Shown piece by piece: positions 39,985 to 49,726 of a stretch of 64,000 nt of DNA. The notes beneath the pieces are model-generated. The model was not told the DNA's origin and did not search any database. It worked only from the letters and a program-made list of their open reading frames with translations. Source of the stretch: Verrucomicrobiota bacterium. GTDB taxonomy: Bacteria > Verrucomicrobiota > Verrucomicrobiia > Limisphaerales > AAA164-E04. Every line of letters starts with the position of its first letter. Position 1 is the first letter of the stretch. The position numbers and the translations under genes are program-made. The stretch spans positions 3,072,001 through 3,136,000 of the forward strand of contig CP170459.1 in assembly GCA_047947115.1 (NCBI GenBank), given 5' to 3'.

Positions 39985-40431
39985 CTAAAGCTGAATCAGA
40001 GCCAGCCCCAAAAGGGCAAAACCGATCGAAGTGCGTCGCAAGTAGGCGGTATTCACTTTGAAAGCCAATCCCGTTCGATGGGCCAACAGAGCCGCTATGA
40101 GGGTGCAGGCTCCGGCGATCCATAAACCGACTGTGGCAGTCCAGAGCATACCCGACGGGGAACCGTGGAGGAGGCTGGTTATCAGGGCCGGAGTCATGAG
40201 GGCTCCCAATAGGGATGTCCAGCTATCCAATTGACGCTTTGAAGCGAGCAGCAGACCGGCCAGGGCCGCGGTCAGGATATGATCCCAACCAGTAAAGAAA
40301 TGCACGACGCCGGAACCAAACGAGTTCACTTCACCGTGACCGGGGTGGGCCATCAGCAGGGTAGGAATCAAAAAAAGTGCTGCGAAGGTGAAAGCCTTCC
40401 CGCGTTGAGTGTGTTTTGGAGCGAAATTCAT
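39985..40431 (-). CDS. HupE/UreJ family Ni/Co transporter-like protein
   Basis: AHPGHG...GVVHFFTGWDH motif. The C-terminal half is short and divergent. Confidence 0.75.
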   Translation of the reverse strand: MNFAPKHTQRGKAFTFAALFLIPTLLMAHPGHGEVNSFGSGVVHFFTGWDHILTAALAGLLLASKRQLDSWTSLLGALMTPALITSLLHGSPSGMLWTATVGLWIAGACTLIAALLAHRTGLAFKVNTAYLRRTSIGFALLGLALIQL

Positions 40432-40517
40432 GGTATATCGTCGTTTGCTGCACAAAGATTACATGAACTCCATCCCTTTTGGCAACTGGGATATTTTTCG
40501 ATTATGAACTGAATAAA

Positions 40518-40603
40518 GGGGGGACGAGTTTCACATCGCTCCATTTTTTTACATAAGACGCTGTGAGGTGAAAACAGGCGAACGAGGCGGAACGCGTCCC
40601 TGC
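40518..40603. repeat. Degenerate REPIN-like inverted pair (GGAGGGAC-type)
   Basis: GGGGGGACGAGTTTCACATCGCTCC versus the reverse complement of the right arm, GCAGGGACGCGTTCCGCCTCGTTC. Weaker relatives lie near 16951 and 48424. Confidence 0.45.
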
Positions 40604-40713
40604 GGTCCAAAGCATTGAAATGGTCCTGCCTTGTATGCTGCGTTCCTGGTGGCACCATGAGAATGTTTTTCGGTTGCCTATCACAGGGGCTTTTGGCGAT
40701 GATCGGTTGCATC

Positions 40714-41853
40714 ATGTCACGTATTCACTCATCAGTTGCGGCAGGACTCAGTCTCTTTTGCATATCTTTTCACGTGCAGGCAGCCGAACTTTCCCCACAA
40801 GCGGATCAATGGATTGAAACCATTCGCATGGTTGGCAAGGAAGGGCAGGGGAATGCCGAAGCCAAGGAGGCCATGCAACAGCTGATGGGTCAGTCAGTTG
40901 ATGCCGTGGTCCCTATTTTGAAAGGCATGCAGGGAAGCTCTCCTTTGGTCAAGAACTGGCTGAGATCAGCTGTTGAGACCATCGTGGATCGTTCCAGTCA
41001 GGATTCGATTCAGTTGCCATTGATGCCTTTGACTGATTTTCTTTTGGATGAATCGAACGATGCGCGTGCTCGGGCGATGGCATTTGAGTTGATTGAACAG
41101 CATGATCCGCATGCTGGTGAAATGCTGCTTCGGGGGATGCTGAATGATCCTTCCAATGATTTAAGGAGATTGGCGGTGCGGCAGTGGATTGATGCCGGCA
41201 CCAAGGCTTTGTCCGGCGAACCTGTTACTGCCAAGGTTGTTTTTCGTCAAGCGTTACAATATGCCAGGGATATCGAACAGATCAGATTGTTGGCCGATGA
41301 ACTGGAAAAAATGGATCAACCGGTCCATATCCCGCACTTATTGGGTTTTATTACCGATTGGCGCGTCATCGGGCCGTTTCATAATCTGGATCGAACAGGT
41401 TTCGATACAGTGTTTCCCCCTGAGAAGTCGCTGGATTTCAAGGCCACCTATCCGGGTAAATCGGGAGATGTCTCCTGGAGTGTGCTGGAGAGCGAAGACC
41501 GGTTCGGGATGGTGGACGTGAACAAGGCTTACCCTGGGTTGCTCAAGGAAGTCACTGCTTACGCACATCACGCATTCTATTCAGATACGGACAGGACGGC
41601 TCAATTGCGCCTAGGTACCAAAAATGCCTGGAAGGTCTGGTTCAATGGTGAACTGTTGTTCGGGCGCGACGAATACCATCGCATGGCAAAAGTGGATCAG
41701 TATATCCTGGACGTTCAGTTGAAAGCCGGGAAAAACGACATCCTGATCAAGCTATGCCAGAACGAGCAGCTCGAAAACTGGACGGTTGAATGGGAATTCC
41801 AACTACGCGTCAGTGACGAAACAGGCAAAGCCATCCACTCGTTGGCGAGGTGA
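40714..41853 (+). CDS. Secreted hypothetical protein (HEAT-like N-terminus, beta-rich C-terminus)
   Basis: Signal peptide; LNDPSNDLRRLAV HEAT-like repeat; DWRVIGPF...KVWFNG...LKAGKNDILIK. Confidence 0.75.
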   Translation: MSRIHSSVAAGLSLFCISFHVQAAELSPQADQWIETIRMVGKEGQGNAEAKEAMQQLMGQSVDAVVPILKGMQGSSPLVKNWLRSAVETIVDRSSQDSIQLPLMPLTDFLLDESNDARARAMAFELIEQHDPHAGEMLLRGMLNDPSNDLRRLAVRQWIDAGTKALSGEPVTAKVVFRQALQYARDIEQIRLLADELEKMDQPVHIPHLLGFITDWRVIGPFHNLDRTGFDTVFPPEKSLDFKATYPGKSGDVSWSVLESEDRFGMVDVNKAYPGLLKEVTAYAHHAFYSDTDRTAQLRLGTKNAWKVWFNGELLFGRDEYHRMAKVDQYILDVQLKAGKNDILIKLCQNEQLENWTVEWEFQLRVSDETGKAIHSLAR

Positions 41854-41868
41854 AACCGCTAGGCGAGA

Positions 41869-42810
41869 TTAGTGTCCTGCTCTGGGATCGCCTTTGAAGT
41901 GGAAACGTGTTCCACCCAGTATTTGGTCCGACGTGACGGTGGGGCACACAAATTTTTCGATGTGTTCCACGATGAGTTCTGTCCCTTTGAAATGATCGAC
42001 ATATGGCCACATCTTGGGGTTATACATCGTGTCGGTCATATCACGCATTAAAACCACGTTTTTGCCGTTTTTGGCCATTTGCCTCAGTCCGAAGGGACGT
42101 CCTAAAACACACATGTTGGTGTGGACCCCGAGCAGGATGACGTTTTGAATGCCATGTTGTTCGAGTAGGTTCCATACCTCAATGCCATCATCGGTGATGG
42201 CGTCTTTTTCATCGATCTTCAGGGCGTCCACCTGACGGACCCATGGGGCTCCCGGGTTGCGTCCAATGCTTTCAAGATATGTTGCCCATTCTGCGTGCTC
42301 GACCAGATCATCGTCTTCGCCTCCATCGGATTGATCGATCGGATAGACACCTTGTTCTTCGCTGGGGATGATGTAGCACCAGGATTCAATCTGTTCGGGC
42401 AGGTTGGCGGCTTTGGGGGCGGATGCTGCCTTCAATCGTCCTGGGTGGCCTTTGTAGAAATCCATGCAACTGCTCGGTGCGTGGATGATCAATGCTCCGG
42501 CGTCACGTGCCTTGATCAGTACATCGTTCATGCGGGGGGCCATTTCGCCCACACGGGTGACGGCGTTTTTGCAGTGATGAAGATCCCACATATCGCACAC
42601 TATGACCGCAGTTTGCTTTGGATTCCATGATTCCCTTGTTTCTTTAACGACATAGTCAAGGCCCGAGGTGGGTGCTTTCTGTCGGTCTCGCAGGGTCATT
42701 TCAAAATTGCCTGCTGCCTGTGTCATGGTGGATAAGGAGAGCCAAAGTGTCAGTGCCAGGGTGCCAGGGCGCACGCCTTCTTTGCGAAAAGGAACGAAGG
42801 TGGAGTTCAT
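41869..42810 (-). CDS. Isochorismatase/cysteine hydrolase family protein, likely exported
   Basis: TAVIVCDMW and GVHTNMCV (catalytic Cys); hydrophobic leader. Confidence 0.8.
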   Translation of the reverse strand: MNSTFVPFRKEGVRPGTLALTLWLSLSTMTQAAGNFEMTLRDRQKAPTSGLDYVVKETRESWNPKQTAVIVCDMWDLHHCKNAVTRVGEMAPRMNDVLIKARDAGALIIHAPSSCMDFYKGHPGRLKAASAPKAANLPEQIESWCYIIPSEEQGVYPIDQSDGGEDDDLVEHAEWATYLESIGRNPGAPWVRQVDALKIDEKDAITDDGIEVWNLLEQHGIQNVILLGVHTNMCVLGRPFGLRQMAKNGKNVVLMRDMTDTMYNPKMWPYVDHFKGTELIVEHIEKFVCPTVTSDQILGGTRFHFKGDPRAGH

Positions 42811-42865
42811 GAGATGGATTCATAATGCAGATGCACAGTGCGTGCAATGTGAAAGTGAGGTCCGT

Positions 42866-42914
42866 ACAAAGAAGATCCGGCAGCTGAGTGGATCTATAAG
42901 ATTCAGCTGCCGGA
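42866..42914 (-). terminator. Intrinsic terminator hairpin
   Basis: 12-bp perfect stem TCCGGCAGCTGA/TCAGCTGCCGGA followed by TCTTCTTTGT on the minus strand. Confidence 0.7.
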
Positions 42915-43055
42915 CGATGATTAAATCCCTCATCTCAAGCAGGACACCGTGTAAACCCGGTGCGTTGTAAGCCTAAGTGGTCGGGTTTCTTCCGTTCCGA
43001 TACGGAAGAGGCTGGGCATGTGAGCGAACCTGTTGTCTCTCACATGTGATCCACG
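42866..43055 (-). ncRNA. Candidate sigma54-dependent structured RNA (sRNA or attenuator leader)
   Basis: Bounded by a -24/-12 promoter and a terminator; four internal hairpins; no convincing ORF. Confidence 0.55.
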
Positions 43056-43065
43056 CTCCTATTAC

Positions 43066-43081
43066 AGCATGATTTGTGCCA
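43066..43081 (-). promoter_or_regulatory. Sigma54 (RpoN) -24/-12 promoter
   Basis: TGGCAC-AAATC-ATGCT with GG-N10-GC spacing. A TGTCA-N8-TGACA dyad at 43142-43159 is a candidate activator site. Confidence 0.7.
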
Positions 43082-43240
43082 TGCGCAAATTCTTGTTTAA
43101 AACTCATTAAAATCGCGAAAAAACGGGTTTTTACGAAGAGTTGTCACAGAAAGATGACATATGTTATCGGCAAATCCTTCCTCGATATGAGGAAAAAGTT
43201 TCAAAAAGGGACAATATGGCCTATCTGAGACAATGACGCC

Positions 43241-43276
43241 AAAAAAACGCCGTGATGGGAGTTATCATCACGGCGT
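43241..43276 (-). terminator. Intrinsic terminator of the prepilin-like gene
   Basis: ACGCCGTGATG/CATCACGGCGT stem followed by a T-run on the minus strand. Confidence 0.85.
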
Positions 43277-43342
43277 CGTGGTAAAAGATGATTTTATGTT
43301 GAATCGCAGGGGGCTACAGTATGCTGGACATCACGTCCTCAA

Positions 43343-44212
43343 CTATCTCACCGCACTGATCTGTCGCGTGCTTCTTTCCTGCATCCAGAACACGTCTGCA
43401 TTATTTGGAGAAGGCACATTCAATGGGATATTGCTTTTGGACAGCGTTGGCACGGTACGGGGATCGGTCCAGCGATGGATTTCAGAATGTCCGTCGGCAA
43501 AGGCGAAGGTAGCTGCTCCGTTATGGTAACTGGCGGGGTAATCGACTATTTTCCAACTTCCACCGCTGTCCGGATATCCCTGCATGGGAACCACGAAGTA
43601 TCCATCATTGATGCTGTCCTCGCGTTCATCCAAAAGGACAAAGGTTTGGGACGGGCCAGGAACGTTCATGTCTGCATCTTTGGCGTAAACCTTCCAGCCT
43701 GGTCCTGATTCTCCCCAACCCGGTCCGCCTACCCAGTTGTTCATGGACATGCTTCGAATTCTAGGGACTCGCTGACCTTGCGCATTGATGCCGAAAGTTT
43801 TATCGGCAGGGCATTTCCAGATTTTTTCACTTCCTCCGGTGTAAGGCCATAACACGCTTTTGTGGGTGTATAGTTCATGGTTCCAGTTATTTGCGTCTCG
43901 TTGATTGCCTAAAGTCAACCAACTGCCCCCGGTCCAGTTGGGGATATTACGCCCCTGGTTTGACCAGCTGGCAGCCCCAACCAATTTGCCTTCGTTGTCA
44001 TCGCTGTAGAAGCGCCAGGCCAGCATCATCTGTTTGTTGTTGTTCATACAGAGGATGCCCTGGGCTTTGGTTTTGGCCTTACTGAGTGCCGGGAGAAGCA
44101 TGCCTGCCAGGATGGCGATAATGGCAATGACGACCAGGAGTTCAATCAGCGTGAAGCCGTTGTTTAAGCCAAGGCGTGGTGAACGCTTCCATTGAGAATG
44201 CTTGAGTTGCAT
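43343..44212 (-). CDS. Prepilin-type N-terminal cleavage/methylation protein with H-X9-DG motif
   Basis: [25 protein letters not shown] and [14 protein letters not shown]. Confidence 0.93.
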   Translation of the reverse strand: MQLKHSQWKRSPRLGLNNGFTLIELLVVIAIIAILAGMLLPALSKAKTKAQGILCMNNNKQMMLAWRFYSDDNEGKLVGAASWSNQGRNIPNWTGGSWLTLGNQRDANNWNHELYTHKSVLWPYTGGSEKIWKCPADKTFGINAQGQRVPRIRSMSMNNWVGGPGWGESGPGWKVYAKDADMNVPGPSQTFVLLDEREDSINDGYFVVPMQGYPDSGGSWKIVDYPASYHNGAATFAFADGHSEIHRWTDPRTVPTLSKSNIPLNVPSPNNADVFWMQERSTRQISAVR

Positions 44213-44379
44213 AGGTGTTTGTTTGTTATTCGGTGTTTCGGATGTGGTATGTTTATGACATCAGCACCCAAATGGCAAGTACAGCATTAGCGTTAAAGGT
44301 GTGCATTTACAGTCACACGATCGACTTGCTCGCGCTGTGAAATGGATGTTGACCAGACGCTTTCGAAAACAGTGAAAGC

Positions 44380-45612
44380 TTAGAACCTCTGAGTGTAGGT
44401 TAATGAAAACAGGTGCACATCAATATCGTAAGAACCATCGAAAAGACCGCCCTGGTTGATGACTCGATCTTGATACAACACCAGCCCATATCCCAAATCG
44501 ATGGAATAGCTGTCCGTGCCGTAGCCCACACCACAGGTCAGCACATTTTGGTCCGAATCCGGAGTGGTCAAAGAGTAGGTTGAGTTCGGTACGGGGCTTT
44601 CAAAGTATTGGTAACCGGCACGAAAGATCCAATTTTCGGCAAATTTCCAATCACCACCGATCCCGATGGTCATGGTGTCCTTCCAATTTTGTGGCAGGGA
44701 AGTTGGCAGTCCGGGAATAGGGAATCCTGTTTGAGTGGGGAGTGTGTCGAAATTGGAGAATTGCAGGTATTCGATATCAGCTTCCAGGCGGACGGTATCG
44801 GTCAGTTGGATACCGTATCCAAAGTGTAATTGAGTGGGGAATTCGATTTCAGAGTTGAAAGAGGTGCTCAAGTTGACGCCTCCGGCGGGTACGGACATTT
44901 GGAAATCACCGTCATAGTCCACCGTGATTGGCGAGCGGGCTGCCAATGCCAGGCGGTGGCGCGTACCGATTTTCCACGTAACCCCCACATTGGCTCCGGC
45001 GCCGACACCGTCACCTTCCGCCCGGAATCCCCCGTCCGGGAAAACATGTTGTCTGAAAGTGAGTTGAGACCATTGAACATCCACGCCTACCCCCACGGAA
45101 ATGTCTTCGTTCAAATTGAACGCAAAGGTTGGATTGACAAGGATCGTTTGCAATTCGCTGTAATTGGGTGATGTGTAACGGAGGGATGCAGGATTGGCGA
45201 CATCCGCAAATCCCCCTGAATTTTTCCATTCATTGGATAAACCATAAGGACTCGAAACCCCCAGCCCCACCCGATATTTACCGTCCATGATGGGAATTGA
45301 TGTGTAGGCCGAAGGCAGGAGTTTCCACCGGTTTTCGGTGGTGGCGGTGGCTCCGGAAACATTGGTGTGATCCACTCCAATGTAAAGCGGATCGAAACTT
45401 ATGTTCACTTCCGGGGTTTCCAGATCCATTAGATTGGCTGGATTATGGGTGATGGCGCTGGCATTTTCGACATGAGCGATTCTTCCCCCGGATCTCCCCA
45501 AGTTGGTTGCTCCGGATGTTGGATTGCGAATTCCTTCTCCGAGTGCAGGCAGGATGGTTGTGGTGGCCAGAATCGCTGTGGCGAAGCAGCTGATATGTGT
45601 TTGATTGGTCAT
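44380..45612 (-). CDS. OmpP1/FadL/TodX family outer-membrane transporter
   Basis: Signal peptide, NPA motif, PYGL, RAGY, PD and C-terminal Phe. Confidence 0.88.
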   Translation of the reverse strand: MTNQTHISCFATAILATTTILPALGEGIRNPTSGATNLGRSGGRIAHVENASAITHNPANLMDLETPEVNISFDPLYIGVDHTNVSGATATTENRWKLLPSAYTSIPIMDGKYRVGLGVSSPYGLSNEWKNSGGFADVANPASLRYTSPNYSELQTILVNPTFAFNLNEDISVGVGVDVQWSQLTFRQHVFPDGGFRAEGDGVGAGANVGVTWKIGTRHRLALAARSPITVDYDGDFQMSVPAGGVNLSTSFNSEIEFPTQLHFGYGIQLTDTVRLEADIEYLQFSNFDTLPTQTGFPIPGLPTSLPQNWKDTMTIGIGGDWKFAENWIFRAGYQYFESPVPNSTYSLTTPDSDQNVLTCGVGYGTDSYSIDLGYGLVLYQDRVINQGGLFDGSYDIDVHLFSLTYTQRF

Positions 45613-45832
45613 TTCAGGGTGCAATGGTTGATCTGTTGAGGCACTCTGTCCATTACGCGATCGGCTTCATGTCGGGTAATTTGAGGGTGCCGTTTTGATT
45701 TGCCCACATCGGGGCATTCTTGGCAACATTCTTTTCGGCATTTGAAGCGAGTGGGTTGAGTTCCTTGATGGATAATTTAAGAAATCATCGGCTGTTTGGA
45801 GTGTCTTTCAAACTTTTTGATTTATTGATAGT

Positions 45833-46714
45833 ATGAATATGAAACCGGTTTTCGTCATTGCCATCATATTGGTTGGCATTTTTGCATTTATGGGAGGACG
45901 CATGGTCGTGTCCCCTAAACTGGAGACAGCTCAGGGCATCGTTGTCCAACTGGAAAAGGACAAGAAAACCCTTGAGGACCAGTTGGAAAACATGAAAGAC
46001 GGTCTAATGACCGATGCGGAAAAGCGTCGTATTGAACGTGAGCGCAAGGAGCTGGCCAGCTTGAGAGGGGAGGTTTCCCAACTGAGGAAAAAGGTAGCCG
46101 AGTTGGAAACCGCCCAGAAGACCGCCGCCAAGGCTTCCGGCAAGGCTGAACCTGCAGAGGAAGAGGATACATTCACACCAGCCGACTATTATGCTGCATC
46201 CGTCAATGTTGAGGTGGAACCCGGCATGACTCTGGTGACTGGCGGGTGGCAAACCTCCAAAGGGCGGCGTACTTATGTATTCCTGACGCCGAAAAAGGGA
46301 GATTCACCCGATGGTTCAGCATATGTGCAGATTTCGACCCGTGTGGCCAATATAGCCGATGCTGATCTGGGCTTGTTTCAATTGCAGGGCATGAAAGCCA
46401 GTGGAAATGAAACTGAAAACGCCGGTGGTTTTGGCGAGGATGACATCAAAGCACTTTACGAGAACCTTCAACAAAATCCAAACGCGACCATCATGTCTTC
46501 ACCTTCCCTGGTGACCGCATCCGGTCGAGAAGGTGTGGTTCAAACCATATACGCTCATCAAGTGGACGGTGAACTGGAGCGTCGTCAGTTGGAAATTGGT
46601 GTGCTTCCGGTGGTGAATGATGAAGGAATCATCGAACTCAATCTGGCTGCTACCATCAATGAAGCGCCAACAGCTGCCGCTGCGGGTGGTGCGGTTGTGG
46701 CTCCTGCACAGTGA
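45833..46714 (+). CDS. Hypothetical protein: N-terminal TM, coiled coil, secretin-like C-terminal segment
   Basis: Hydrophobic N-terminus; ELASLRGEVSQLRK; SSPSLVTASGREG and LEIGVLPVVNDEGIIELNL. Confidence 0.7.
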   Translation: MNMKPVFVIAIILVGIFAFMGGRMVVSPKLETAQGIVVQLEKDKKTLEDQLENMKDGLMTDAEKRRIERERKELASLRGEVSQLRKKVAELETAQKTAAKASGKAEPAEEEDTFTPADYYAASVNVEVEPGMTLVTGGWQTSKGRRTYVFLTPKKGDSPDGSAYVQISTRVANIADADLGLFQLQGMKASGNETENAGGFGEDDIKALYENLQQNPNATIMSSPSLVTASGREGVVQTIYAHQVDGELERRQLEIGVLPVVNDEGIIELNLAATINEAPTAAAAGGAVVAPAQ

Positions 46715-46806
46715 TTTCGTTCCGGTGATTGCTTCTGAATGAGAGGGTGTGCTTATCGGAGAATGCGCATAAGTGAATGCAGAGGTGTGGATTCAAAACC
46801 GAACCG

Positions 46807-48126
46807 CTACGGCTCTGCGGTTTCTTCTGATACAATGGAAGGTTCGGCGATGTAATCCGCGAATTTGGATTGGTGGACCGCCAGTTTGACTTTCAGGTGA
46901 GTGGCATCATCTTCCAGTTCCACATCATAGCGATAATGCCCGCCGCCCCAGCTTTTGCCGCCGGTGTTGATCGTGCGGCCGTGATTGTTCACAACTTCGA
47001 AAAGGTCGAGCCGTAATTCTTCGGGCATGTCGTCCACGCGAATTTCAAAGGTGTGTTCCTTGGGGTTCCTGCGGCTTTATGAATCCGCTTTTGAGCCGTC
47101 CAGAAGCAGCCCGTTTTGATCGGCTATACCCTGCACTTTGACGGTTCGTTCGTGCATCACGCGGCTGACGAGATTTGTTCGATAATCAGGCGCATTGGGG
47201 AGGGGGATCTCGACCGACCAGATATCTTCAGGGAGAAAGTTTTGTTTGCGGGCAAATTGCGTTCTTACCTTCCATGCTTCACCCGGAAACAGTCCCGAGT
47301 CAAAGGTGATGGTTACTTTTCCGTCCTTTTCCCGATTGCTCCATGAGTGATTTTTGGCTCTGTTGCCCATGCCGTCTTCAAGCCAGATGTTTACCGCCTG
47401 CCAGTCTTCGGTGATTTCCCCATCTTGGTGCACCTGGAATGTGGCTCGCGCATCATGGGAGCCAAATCGCTTTTCCGGGCGTTTAGGTGGGTTTTCAGGA
47501 TCAGGCAATTCCAGGCCGATCATAGTGAATTGCATGTTGTCGATCTCGAAGGAGCTTGGCAGGTGATTTCCCTCAAATGGTTTCGCCTTTGAAATCATTG
47601 GATTCTGTATGACCAACTCAGCTTCGATATTTTGATTCCAATTTTCGAGGCGAAGTTTGAAAAAGGGAGATCGGCGGGGGTAAATGTCTACTTCAAATCC
47701 TGCCCAATGTATGTTTCCATTGGCGGTGATTTTGTTTCCCCTGTTTCCCCAGTGGCTCAGTTCGCTTGCGTAACCATCTGTGACCACAACCATTTTCCTT
47801 CCATTCCAATCTGAGGACCTACCTTTCCACTGTAACCAGATCATGAGTGTCTCAGTTTTTGTTTGTCTCAAATTGGGAGTGCGAATGCCGAATCTCTGCT
47901 GAAGGGAAGGGGGCACTATTTGGAGCAGGCGTGTCCAGGGGCCGGTGATGGGGTTGTGATGCACTTTTCCGTAAGTGACTCCCACTAGTTCCACGACAGA
48001 ACCGTCCGGACAGACTACGGATTGTTTGGGCTGATGGATCGTCTGAAACAGAAACAAGCCAATCACCAAAACCGCCATCAGGCAGAGGATCATCGGAATG
48101 ATGATAAATATCCTTCGTATTGCCAT
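46807..48126 (-). pseudogene. Membrane-anchored hypothetical protein split by an in-frame TAA
   Basis: ORFs 47077-48126 and 46807-47037 share one frame: ...SKADS*SRRNPKEHTFEIRVDDMP... Confidence 0.65.
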
Positions 48127-48486
48127 GGGCGTTAGTCAATCATGAACATGTGTATCGTGCACTTACAAATCCGAGTTGATATTTGAATGCAGCATTTGGG
48201 AGAGTCTCGTAACAACTTACGTGCTTGTGAGATGGGGAGCAGTTCAATATTTGACCATGGAGGTGTGATCCCGAACGCGGGACTCACATCCAAACTTTCC
48301 CTCCTCGAAAGCGTTACTGAGCAAACGAGGTGGAGCGTCGGGAGACTTGGGTCCATCGAAGGACTGTGGCGTTTCCTTGGCAGCGTGAAAATGGTTCCAA
48401 ATTTCCGAGGTTTGGAATGGGTGCAAGACCGAGTTTACCCTTTCCGGAGATAATGGGTTTCCATTTTTTGGTCTGCACCCCTTTCC

Positions 48487-49512
48487 TCAGGCCATTTCGA
48501 TGATGGCCTTGATGACGCCTGTTTCGGGGCGGGTGAATCCTTCAAAATCGTTCGGCACGTCTTCGAATGAAGTCCGGTGAGTGATCCAGGGGTTGGTGTT
48601 GATGGTGCCGTTTTCGATAAGTCCAATGATGCGTCCGAAGTCCTTGGGCAGCGCGTTGCGGCTTGCTTTGAGCGTGATTTCAGGTTTGTGCAGCACCGGG
48701 TGTTTGAATGAGACAGCTTCGGTTGTGATGCCCACATAGACGAGTGATCCGGTGTGTGCCACGTATTGGAGCGCGTTGGACATGGAGTGCTGGTTGCCTG
48801 TGGCATCGGTCACGACGGCGTATTTATCTCCACCGGTGCATTCCATGATTTGGTCCATTTCGGTTCCGTCGCCTTTGAACTGGATGGTGTGCGCCACACC
48901 GTAAGTTGATTTGCAGAATTCCAATCGGCTGGGGACCATGTCCATGACGGTGACGGTGGCATCTGTCAGGCGAGTAAATTCGAGCGTGGCCAATCCGATC
49001 GGGCCTGCGCCAATGATGAGGACGTGGTCTCCTTTGCCAGGGGCGCCTCGATCGGTTGCGTGGCATCCAATGGCCAAGGTTTCCACCAGCGCGAGTTGAT
49101 CGAAGCTGAGTTTTGTGCTGGGATGCAGCTTTTCCGCGCGCACCAGAAATTGTTCGCGCATGCCTCCGTCTTCCATGACGCCAATGACCTTGAGCGTTTC
49201 GCAGCAATTGGATGCCCCTTTGCGGCATGGATAGCAATGTCCGCAGTTCATGTAAGGTTCGATGGAGCAGTGATCGCCGGCTTTGATGTTGGTAACGCCT
49301 TCACCCACCTCAAGTACTTCGACGCCAAGTTCGTGGCCGGGAATACGCGGATAGCTGAAAAAAGGCATTTTGCCGAGGTAACCGGAGTAATCGGTACCGC
49401 AGATACCGATACGATGGACTTTGACCAGGGCCTGCCCTGGGGCTGGGGAGCCGGGCTCATCCATTTGGATGTGTTTGAAGGATTTGGGTTCGGTTAATTG
49501 TAACGCTTTCAT
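48487..49512 (-). CDS. Zinc-binding alcohol dehydrogenase (L-galactonate dehydrogenase-like)
   Basis: GICGTD, GHE, CGHCYPCRKG..NCC, GAGPIG and SRNA. Confidence 0.9.
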   Translation of the reverse strand: MKALQLTEPKSFKHIQMDEPGSPAPGQALVKVHRIGICGTDYSGYLGKMPFFSYPRIPGHELGVEVLEVGEGVTNIKAGDHCSIEPYMNCGHCYPCRKGASNCCETLKVIGVMEDGGMREQFLVRAEKLHPSTKLSFDQLALVETLAIGCHATDRGAPGKGDHVLIIGAGPIGLATLEFTRLTDATVTVMDMVPSRLEFCKSTYGVAHTIQFKGDGTEMDQIMECTGGDKYAVVTDATGNQHSMSNALQYVAHTGSLVYVGITTEAVSFKHPVLHKPEITLKASRNALPKDFGRIIGLIENGTINTNPWITHRTSFEDVPNDFEGFTRPETGVIKAIIEMA

Positions 49513-49552
49513 GGGTTATTGCCTGGATGGGAAAGGGGGGTGTTTTTATTTT

Positions 49553-49709
49553 TTTAACCGCAGATTTCACTGATTATCGCAGATAGATATAGGGAAAAGC
49601 AGGGTCCTGGTTTTTGGGTTGCTGCATTCAGTTTCCTAAATATTTTTAAAGTGGAATGACACAGTTTTGTGGTTGCAATCTGCGTAAATCTGCGAAATCT
49701 GCGGTTAAA
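49553..49709. repeat. Inverted-repeat element built from 9-bp CGCAGATTT-like units
   Basis: TTTAACCGCAGATTTCACTGATTATCGCAGAT ... ATCTGCGTAAATCTGCGAAATCTGCGGTTAAA. Confidence 0.8.
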
Positions 49710-49726
49710 CCTGTTTAATGAGTTTC

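Noticed and set aside
40432..40713. Cobalamin riboswitch upstream of HupE/UreJ
   Set aside because: No B12-box or GGGAA core was found; the region is explained by a degenerate REP pair.
42930..43019. 29-aa ORF (MPSLFRIG...) inside the candidate RNA
   Set aside because: No Shine-Dalgarno, and its start codon is buried in a hairpin; it cannot be fully excluded as a leader peptide.
4279..47079. TAA recoding, suggested by three in-frame TAA breaks
   Set aside because: Many intact genes here end at TAA at their expected C-termini (for example 1404, 14233, 15931). Mutation or sequencing error is the simpler explanation.
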